In this document: positions 54,691 through 64,000 of the stretch, one piece after another | Layout of the letters: each line of letters begins with the position of its first letter | Position numbering within the stretch: position 1 is the stretch's first letter | Source of the DNA: Ascidiella aspersa | Lineage: Eukaryota | Length of the DNA: 64,000 nt | Assembly: GCA_963924565.1 (NCBI GenBank) | Contig: OZ004607.1 | Location: forward strand, 10,912,001-10,976,000 | Reading direction: 5' to 3' | Notes under the pieces: model-generated | The model's database searches: none | Seen by the model: the letters and a program-made list of their open reading frames with translations, nothing else | Told to the model about the DNA's origin: nothing | Program-made: the position numbers and the translations under genes

Positions 54691-57600
54691 ATGAATCAGA
54701 CATTACCTGTCGCCTTAGTGGTCGTCCTATTCGCGATCCAAGTCTCCCAAGCATACACGTTAAGCAGGTTAGTGAAGTAAATTGTGTGTTTTTATATCTG
54801 CCAATTATATATTTGTTTTTTGCTTAAAATCGGACATATATAGAATTTTAGGAACTTTAGGGTAAATATCTTATTAAGTGTCAATACACGTAGTCATCAT
54901 CTAAGCAGGATAAAAACGTATCCCAATAAACTTAAGACTGATTAGTATATGCAACAAATCGTGCAAAGGTCCACGTCAGTGTCGTTTATTTGTAAGTAAA
55001 GCATTATTTATTTAATTTTTTCTTACAACTTCTAGGCGAATCGCATCTAAAAAATTTTCAAGTTGGAAGTAAAAAGTTGCTATATTGACAGCACTTCTTT
55101 CGAGTGAGTTGCAACGAAAGCGTTAATAATCTAATTTTAAACACCTGATCCACTGACATTATAGAGCAGCCTATACAAAAAAATGTTGCCGCATTTTTTC
55201 TTACAACTTGTATAGGCGAAATCGCACTTAACATTTTGTTAAGTGAAATATGAAGGGTTGCAAATTTGACAGCCTTTTTTAGAGTAAGTTAAAACGCTTG
55301 CGTTAATAATCTAATTAAAAAAAACGATCCACGGACATTGGAGTACGAAAGGGGATTGATCGGATACTAAAGATCCGTCCGACGGTTTTCGCGCGGAGTC
55401 GGCCGTTCGCCGCGCAAACCGCTTCTCGGCCCTTAATTCTGCGACTTAACGCGTGTCGGCTTGTGAGCAGGCAGCGACGCTCCAGCATCAACGCCGACAT
55501 CTCGCTGCACGAAAAGAACGCCAAGAAGGTGCAGAGCCTTTACCGCCAGTACTACCTGCGCAAGATCCTCGACGACTTTAACAAGCGCGACGGTTCGAGC
55601 GCTCCAGCAAATCCCGTGGGACCGGCACAGGAAGACGACGCCGACAACGGTACGTGCTCGTGTTGTTGGTTGATCTGTGGTTGCTTTGTCGGGTTCTCTA
55701 TATAAAGAGGCCATTTTCTTTACCCGTCGGGTCGCCTGGGAATCCGCGGTGGCAATTTTCGGCTTGTGGCTGCTGTTTCGTTGTACCCAAGCGAATGCGA
55801 TTGAACGGAAATCTGTATTATAGAATTGCGTTATTTTTTCCTTTCGTATTTGTTGCTTAAATTTTTGCCAATTTTTTTTTTCCGACTTCGCGTTAATTCT
55901 AATCGTCGCTAAAGCGTATGTCGGCTTTATTTGATAACCCCATCTTTGTGCTAACTTTGATAAATTGCAGTTAAAATTAAGTTTTTCAAAAACAAAGGCG
56001 CTGAAACGCTACAGCACAAAAGCGGGCGGATAAATTTGTATGGCTATGACAGTTTAATAACTTTATTAGATCCTTTTTGTAAGTTTGATTAGGAACGGGT
56101 CTAACACATTTCCATAGTCTCACGTTTTATTTTCAAATCTTGATAAGCTTTCGCGTTCGTATCAGTTGTAAATTAAGATAAAAGCAACGTAATATAATCG
56201 GACGGGCACATAGTTAATTTAAGTGAGAAGTAAGTTAGAAAAGGTTAGTTCTACCAATTAAAGTGTCTAATTGCATGAGCGTCCTTAAAAAGAACGGTTG
56301 TGCGTACGCTTGTAGATTTAAAATTCAGCATTACCTGTTTGCATTAGTGCCACGTCAGCAGAAACTCAATTCGGAGTGCTCCTGTGTGCTTAATTAAACA
56401 GGTTAAAAATACTTTTGGCACGTTTTAATTAAGTTTCTTTGCGAAAGGCCGCAACGGGTGTTACCACAAAGCTTTAAATATTTAACATTGGGTTTTGGGG
56501 GGAAAGCCACGGAGAAACGACACGTTAAGGGAATAACATCACCTGTGGGAATTAGCCGGCGTTTGAACGCGAATTTGTAAGATTATTTTAAATCGCAGGA
56601 ACATCTATTCACTTAAATATAGCAGCTTCACATGGCGCAATTAAAACAGTTCGTTATATTAGCAGGAAGGCCACGTTTTAAGCATCTCTGGGCTTACCAT
56701 TTACTTCTTCCTGAAAGAAATGAAAGAAACTTTGTGACAAACACAGAGCCTTTCAAAGATCAGTACGCTGAACTGTACGCCCGTAATAGCTTGTCACCGA
56801 GGTTACGTTTGGTTTTGTGATCAGGCTTATACTGAAAAAGAAAAATTTAACAATAGCGACTTTTGCGAAATAAACGAAACCGCTTTGACTTCAGTAATAG
56901 CTTTTCCCACAAAGTGTGCTCTTCGGGTTAAAATCAGGTCACGTCAATTTGCTAAAAGCTCGTTTACGACCCCCAAGTGAAACGATCGGTAATGACATGC
57001 TTCAGGTTAACACCATTTTTTCGGTAAAATATTCGTAACGGTGTTGGCGCAAGGTGACAGCGTATAGCACCAACTTGATTAAAAGCGACTGTTGTTTACT
57101 GACAAGGCTGCCCCTATAATGCATCAAACCACTTCAAAGGCCTTATTAATACCGAGGAATATTTTCCTGCGCAGATTCTTCAAACGAAGACCACGATTAT
57201 TATCTGATCGATGAGAAAAGGGACCTCGTGTCACGAGTGCACGGTTAGTGCTTAAACAAATCAACGTATAATTTCGCTCTAATTCTATCGAATATAAAAC
57301 AAAGGCAAAAACACGACGGCTATTTTCCCAGCTCTTTGTGGTTTAAGCATGATTTATTTTTGATAAAGGAATTATAGGACTGCGCTTTGTTTCCCCTTTG
57401 TAGAATAAAAACAGCAAAGAAAATAGAATTGGGTGTAGCATTATAACAAAAATGTTGCACGCTAAAGTTTTCGTTTGGTATTTGATTTAAAGGACATTTA
57501 CCCAGAGCGCCGTTACGAGATTTAAGTTCACTATAGGCCAATATAATTTTGTGGTCTTAGGCTACAAACACCATGGAACGTCGGAAAGTTTGTAACGTAA

Positions 57601-59167
57601 AATTTATAGTTTATTTTCGCGAGACGTCCGACATTGGAAAACGGCACAGATTTACTCTTAGCCAGCATTAAGTTAACCAGTCTTAGTAAACTAAACGCCT
57701 GCAGCCTGCAGAGTGTAAACATGTCATTCTGAAAACACTTAAGTTCCATTCAAGTCATTTGTAAAATACATTAGGTCAAATCAAGTCATTTTACACTAAA
57801 GACTAAAGTCAAGATAAGTGATTTAAAAACAGGGCTTGTTGTAGAAACGACAAGAAACAAAGCGAAACGCAATTTTGTTTTTAAAAATCTTTTCTAGACT
57901 TTGGCTTTGTTTGAAAGCAATTTACGAATGTCTACATATAGTGCAGGAGTCGGCAACCTTTTGTATTTGCAGTGTGCCAGTTTATAAATAATTTCAAAAT
58001 ATCAACAACTATAGCGTGCCAAAGAAAAACTTCTATATTTGGTTTTGCACTGGCAACCAGGGCTGCGGAGTCGGTTAAAAACAACCCGAATCCAACTTCG
58101 GCTAAATGTGCAATTTCATCGAGTCCCGAGTCCAGCTCAGACAACCTGTATTTTAATGACTTTCGTAACTAAAATAAGATGGATATTCAGCAATCCAATC
58201 ATATGGGTCATGAAAAATGTGCCACCATATGCTATTCCACCTATCAATTAGCAGTTCGCTGCCTTATCAGTTTGGAAATCTGGTACTGATTATGCGCACA
58301 CGTCGAACTCGGGTAGTTCTACCTAGTCTTACTCGAGTCCCGAGTCCGACTCCGCACTGCCGTGATCTGACATTCCAATTACGAATAATCTGTGTTTTTT
58401 TTTCTAATTTACGTATCATGGGATACGCAAATAAACCTAATTTCATAAGTTAAATTCTGTTAAGTTACCTTAAAATTTAAATCTGTTAGAAAAAAAAACG
58501 AACTGTCCCGAACACAATACTGTGCCCGCTAGTTTGGAACATACTTTGACGCTTTTCAGCCGAAACTTAAAAGTGTTAATAATATTAGTTTGGGTTTTAG
58601 CTTGGCTTCTCAGTCGACCAAAAAAACACGCATACTTCAAATGTAGAATGCCCGCTTCGGCGGCCTTAACGCAGTAAACATCAAGCCAAGTTAGGTAATA
58701 GTGACGTAATACGAACGGTTAGTCGTAAACAACAAGTTTAACTCCCACCAAAAATAGTGTTATATACAACAGTTAAGACACTAGTTTGTGACACGAACTG
58801 GAAATGTGTACAACCGTTTAGTTAGCGATAGTGTTAGTGTAGTAATAATATAATGTTAATGATGTAATGGTTGCACTTTCTTTAGTGATACAATATGGGC
58901 GTTAAATCATTTGGCGTGCCAGCCAAAATCATCTCGCGTGCCAAAAGTGGCCACCAGTTTATGAACTTGGTCTAATTCTACTCGCTATTTACAGGATTAA
59001 GAAGTGCGCTTTCCTATTGGTTACGTCGCCAAGTGAAACCAGCTGTTATCAGGGAACTGCGCAAAAACCTGCCGCTGGGAGCGGGAGAGAGCGACGAAAA
59101 GGCTGAAAGTTATTTGAACTCGATCGTCGAGTACTACCCTTTGGAAAAGTACAAAATGGATTCCTAG
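54691..59167 (+). CDS. Parathyroid-hormone-family (PTH/PTHrP/TIP39-like) prepropeptide, 142 aa, 3 coding exons
   Basis: Exons 54691-54767 (MNQTLPVALVVVLFAIQVSQAYTLS, signal peptide), 55471-55649 (RQRR|SSINADISLHEKNAKKVQSLYRQYYLRKILDDFN|KR DGSSAP...) and 58995-59167 (GLRSALSYWLRR...KYKMDS*). Phases 2/1 are consistent; AATAAA at 59324. Confidence 0.82.
55015..55340. repeat. Diverged ~180-bp tandem duplication in the PTH-like intron
   Basis: ttcttacaactt...taggcgaa...gcgttaataatctaatt...gatccac.gacatt occurs twice in tandem. Confidence 0.8.
58058..58360. mobile_element. MITE-like element with GAGTC repeats in the last PTH-like intron
   Basis: cagggctgcggagtcgg ... ccgactccgcactg inverted ends with internal gagtcccgagtcc repeats. 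Confidence 0.65.
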
Positions 59168-60074
59168 ACCTGAACTGCATACGCTAACACTTACTGGACG
59201 TTCGACCTTTTGTATACAGGCGCACTGCCTATTTATTTATTGTGTTTATTTTTCTTTTTTCAGTTTAATTCAGGAGATCTAAATACTCTTTTCAAGATCA
59301 CAACCGGGTTTAACTTTGGATTTAATAAAGCTTTTTGTACCATTTTTGTTTGTCATCGGTGTACATAGATAACGTTTTCTTTATTATTTATTGTAAAGCA
59401 TTTTGTTTTTAATTAGTGAGTTTTATTGGCAAAAATAAATTTCATCCTATGGGGAATAAATGTTGTTTTGCCCTAATCACCAGCTTTTAGCCAAACTTAC
59501 TAGCAGTAAGCCTACAGACGAACGTCAAGTGATAAGCTTGTTTTTTTGCATCGTGCAGTTGCACTTACTAGTTTGTTCACTAAACTCGAACATTATAATT
59601 TTTTTCTGTTGTCCATCGGCCAACGGATTTTTCAGTGGATTCTGACAAGCCGTAGTTCAATTTATAATTTTATAGTTATTTAAGGGGATCGTTGCAGTAC
59701 GAGCACGATGAAATACGAACAACGAATATTTTAAGGACACTTTAAGAAAGGAAAACAAAAAAGTTTGCATAAAACGACAGTGATTAACACAGTAGGCGAA
59801 ACAAAACAAAAATAATTATCGAATTAGGCATCGGGATGGCTGGCAGTGAACATTGTGACGTCACTAATCGAAACACTGACGTCAATCGTTTCATTTGGTA
59901 AAGTGGCGTAATTCGCGTCGGCCGAAAACCTATATCGTCAAAATACTCGAAACTGTAAGTCCATACGCAGATGATGACGTCAGGGTAACGTCAACGATCG
60001 AAAGGTGACGTCGTTTTATTTGTTGAAGTGACGTAATTTGCCTGGGCAACATACTCGAAAAACGCATGATGACG

Positions 60075-62950
60075 TCAGACGTGTGACGTCACGTCGGGCA
60101 GGGTAAGGTGCAAGAAGTCGGCCGAGGAGGAGGACATGTTCTCGGAGGAGGAGCGGAAGTCATAGCAGGCGTCGCCCGGAAGACTTTCGGCTGTGCGGTG
60201 AACTTGAATAGAAGGCTTTCGTGACGTCATAGTTGCAGGAGGGGTCAGTTGGTTGGGTTCGAGTCGCAGCTCCTGCGCGAACGAACAGATCGGGTTTACT
60301 TAAGGTAAAAGTGTTTTCTTCGAGCGTAGCGTAGGGTTACGAGACTTTTCAAATCAATCTCTATAAAAGCCTAGCATGACATTTTCTACCTCAATTTAAC
60401 CTATTAATATATTTTTAGTTTTTGCAAATTAAAAAACATTGACAGTTAGCGACCTCTAGCGCCTCTTCAAGTTGGTATCGTTCGGCCGCTAGGCGCGTTA
60501 GCAAGCTCTGTTGGTCTGAACGGAGCGGCGAGTCGGTCAGTTTAGGAGATGGTTGGTCGTCGACACCGTTCAGCTTGCGTTCGAAGCTGGAAAGCCTGGA
60601 AAAAAAAAAAACAGAAGCTGGTTAAAAAAGCGTTGGCGGCAATATATGTGGGACTATTTGTTGCATAAATAGGAGAAAATTTTATTAATTTAACCGTTTT
60701 ATTGATATAGAGTTAGCTCCACCCGGCAACATAGCAATAGATAAAAATTTCCTTTCTGATGAAAAAAGTATAAACCAACGTTTCGGCAGCAGATTAATAA
60801 TTTAAACAAGAATGCATTAGCAAGTTTATATAATCAAAAAATAAAAAGACATTAGATAAAAATAAATCGTCATTTTCATTTTATTTATAGTTCACTATAA
60901 TAGTGGTATTACGCTGATACATGCTCGAAAATTAAATGTAAAAAATTAAATAACGCAATAACGCCCCTTTAAAAATGTAATCAACCAAATTAATCGTATT
61001 TTCAGCCACAGCCTCGTCCCCCCAAAAGGGAGATTTTGGGGGATTTGTATTTTCTTGAATTCGTTTTTAGTTTCACAGACCCCCGTTGCCCTCCTAGAAT
61101 TAAACTCACATCCGTAAGAGGTTCCTTTCGCGCTCCGCTTTGTTGCAGAGGCTCTCCTGGAACTGGATCGACTCGAGCCTCTCGTAGATCTTGTCCATCT
61201 TGAGGAGGTGGATCATCCTGGCCTCCCGCTGCTGGGCGCGAAGAGCAAGAGCCTCCTCCACGTCGTTACGGGCCTAAGGCGGAACAAAGGGAGTAATGAC
61301 GACCGTTGCTGCGGATATTTAACATTGAAATACACTTGCTGAGGTTTTTAATAGCCGAAAAATGGCGTGGTTGTAGTAGTGGCTGCTTTTGTTAAACACC
61401 TTGAAACTATAACGTTAACTTACTCTTCCATAAAGGTCGGGTAGCCGGTCAAAAATCAGTCGGTGCAAGCAGGATTTTCTTGCAAGCATTTCGATACAAG
61501 CTTGTATCGCTCGTATCGAAACGTCTTAATGAAGATGATGTCGATCTACTCGACCTTTTTGGCCTTGCAAGCAACATTACAAATCCGTGCATGGTGTACC
61601 CAACTTACTCTTTGCTATATAAATACGGCTTTATAAGTGACATATGTGGTAGTAAAGGGGATAAGGGGGGAATAAACCCACAAATAAGCTTGGATTTCGT
61701 TACAGCTACCTAAGCAACATTGAAGTAGACCCATTGAATCTAATTGATAGTGTCTAATGCTGTTTTAATAATTTATCTACGAGGCGCTGCCAACGAGATT
61801 ACGCTCTAACGAATCATTAAAAACTTATTTGAACGCGCTCTTACCTTCTTAGCTTCCTGCAGCCTCTCGAAGGTCTCCAGGACTTCCCTCTTCTTCCGGA
61901 AGACCTCGCGTTCGCTCTCACGCCGCTGAAACCGCTCCAGGCGCCGCTCCGAGATCTCGCTGGTCTTTGCTGACATTCCTGTAATAAATGGGCGGTATAA
62001 TGGCCATGAAATACACATAATGCCTCCAGGAAAGGCTTACCAACATCAGTCGATCTAAGCAGGATTTTTGTGCAAGCAAAGCATGCATGTAAAACAACTA
62101 TCCCGTGGTGAGGTGCGAACTCAGGACCTCCGGCCAAACCGGGACCGTCGCTCTACAGACTGAGCTACGCAGGCTCAGTGGGGACTGGCCGAGAAATGTA
62201 GCAGGGTTGCACGCTGCATTCTGATCACAGATTTATATACAATGTGTAGATGAATGTTTCAATGATTATTATGATTGGCGAGGCTTTGTGTAAAATTGAG
62301 AATCATAGGTCACAAATAGTCCCAAAACAGGGTAATGTTTTTTGTTTTTAAATCGAGTTTTGTTCTTTTAGGTATTTTGTAAACAATGGTTCTAAAAGTC
62401 GTCAGCCGTTAATAGAGAAAGAGTTAATTACTTGCAGCTTTGTAATTACTGGAGCAGCAATTTGTGTCGGTAGAAAGGGGGAACAATGAGCCAACAAAAT
62501 AATTATATGCTCGTAAAAGGTACCACAAAACTTTACGTACCCGGTTAGACATATTTAGAGGAGTATACTCTTATGATTTTATAATAGGGAAACAAAAGGT
62601 GTTAGTATATACGTTTCGGGCCTTGCTAAGGCTTTTGAAAAAAAAACACTTTTTTTTTGGAAAAAAACAACACTAATTTTGCTAACAAACATTTAAGGTA
62701 ATATACGATCACTGAGGTACAGCTCATTTTTTAAAGCCGCCCAACAAGACAAAACAATATAGGTAAACCGATTAGAAACACGCGGCTCACCTGTTTCGGT
62801 GACCTTGATCGCGACATTGACGAGCGTGAGCCAGGACAAGGACGACTTCTGATTTGTGGAGGCGAACTCCCGCTCTGAGGTTATGCTGTAGTCACCCTCT
62901 TTCTCCACCACGCGGAATCTGTGCTTGAGCGAGTTGGTGCCGGGGAGAGC
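60075..62950 (-). CDS. SWAP70: SWAP70/DEF6-like PH + coiled-coil protein, 3' part (5 exons in window)
   Basis: Phase-consistent exons ~62950-62791, 61978-61845, 61273-61110, 60595-60454 (weak donor gtcgct) and 60272-60075. They give ALPGTNSLKHRFRV...EFASTNQKSSLSWLTLVNVAIKVTETG (end of a PH domain) followed by a coiled coil LQEAKKARNDVEEALALR...MDKIYERLE. This aligns by eye with the DEF6/SWAP70 PH-end and coil as recalled. The protein ends ...DVTSHV*. Confidence 0.72.
62035..62174 (-). mobile_element. tRNA-derived SINE (degenerate tRNA head plus body)
   Basis: The minus strand reads gcctgcgtagctcagtctgtagagcg...ggaggtcctgagttcgcacctcaccacggga (A and B boxes, mismatched acceptor stem). The body cagtcg...aagcaggattt.t.tgcaagca is repeated at ~61457-61490. 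Confidence 0.65.
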
Positions 62951-63832
62951 CTAAAGAAAAAAAAATCACGATGCACATTTGATTTTAATCATCAGTATTT
63001 TTCTTATTAGTTAACCTGGGGGCAAAAGTTTTGGAGACTTCTAAAATCTGAGTGCCCTTCACTTGCTTTTACGTACAACTCGCAAAATAAAGGCTATCTT
63101 TGCGTCTTTAATAGTCCAATATATGATGTTGTTGGTGGTGGATGTACGCGTACGTGTTATGGTATATCTTAAACTCGAATCCAAAAACCAGGGCAGATTT
63201 ACAAGGTAGAAAAATCGTACAGGTAATACGCATTTGTAATTTGTTTTACTTCGGCAACTTCAAAAAACTTTTTACGAAGCCTAAGCTCTGGCACAATTCT
63301 GTTGTGTTAGATATTATTTATATAGTAAACTGTAAGTCGGTGCCTACATGTTGGAATCATGAATCGTATATTGAATCAAATGAATTTGTATTTAACTGTG
63401 CCCTTAATAAGATGCAAAGTAGTATTAGGCCTTGCTCGTGACAGTGAACAAAGTTCGTCAAAGTTGTCCAAAAGATCACGAGTCCGATAGATATCATAAT
63501 CCAATCTATACTGAATTTGAAGCATATGGGTCTATACTAGATTAAAGCCTATGGGAGGGGATAAACATACGCGACCTAGGCTTAATAAAAAAGATTCTAA
63601 GCCTTTTGATACTCTGTACGTGACTGGGTCGTTTAAAATCAATTACCTAATCCACGCACGTCTAGTTATTAGCGGCACAATGAAGTAATTTCGGGCCAGT
63701 CAACGGCAACAGCAGAGTAACCCCGCGTCCGCTGGTTTACCTCGCAAGGGAGTCGGTCGTCGTTTCAAGCGAACCACCTTTTCGATGGAAGTGGGTCGTT
63801 TGCTGCAGCGAAATGCGCCAGGACGACACACA

Positions 63833-63836
<4 letters not shown>

Positions 63837-63866
<30 letters not shown>
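63837..63866. repeat. (TG)n microsatellite
   Basis: About 15 TG units. Confidence 0.95.
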
Positions 63867-63868
<2 letters not shown>

Positions 63869-64000
63869 GGACGCGCGATTAAGACAAGACTGTTCTAACA
63901 GGATCTGTAACTAGGGCGTAAATTGACGGTACTTGCTTGACGTCACCAAAAAGGTCGTTTTCTTGCGACTGCAATTCTGTGGTGCAGTTTGAGAATGCGG

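Noticed and set aside
62101-62174. Functional tRNA gene
   Set aside because: The acceptor stem is mismatched, there is no U33 in the anticodon loop, and it is attached to a repeated body, which fits a SINE better.
63741-63802. Additional coding exon of the SWAP70-like gene (minus strand, AG/GT bounded)
   Set aside because: The only frame in phase with the exon starting at ~62950 contains a TGA. At most it is a non-coding or alternative exon.

Overview
Eukaryotic, intron-rich animal DNA. The gene set, compact spacing, TGACGTCA-rich non-coding DNA and hAT MITEs suggest an invertebrate chordate, most likely an ascidian/tunicate (inference). Most ORF-track entries are spurious, so genes were rebuilt by hand from GT-AG exons with phase checks. 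From left to right: (1) the 3' part of a KIM-family tyrosine phosphatase (PTPRR/PTPN5/PTPN7-like, +), with a WMD instead of WPD loop and a ~250-aa tail carrying MAPK-docking motifs; (2) a decayed SLC5A8/12-like fragment; (3) IMMP1L (-), with a 27-bp higher-order minisatellite in one intron; (4) a possible decayed multi-exon gene; (5) an intronless membrane-anchored copine/vWA gene (-), head-to-head with (6) Unkempt (+), which appears to lack its RING; (7) a small four-exon secreted precursor that the ORF track shows only as a fragment, encoding signal peptide + RQRR + a 34-aa parathyroid-hormone-family peptide + KR; and (8) the 3' end of a SWAP70/DEF6-like gene (-). The PTH-like gene is the highlight. 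Human homologues of four neighbours (SWAP70, PTPN5, SLC5A12, IMMP1L) lie on 11p13-15 with PTH, which independently supports the assignment.
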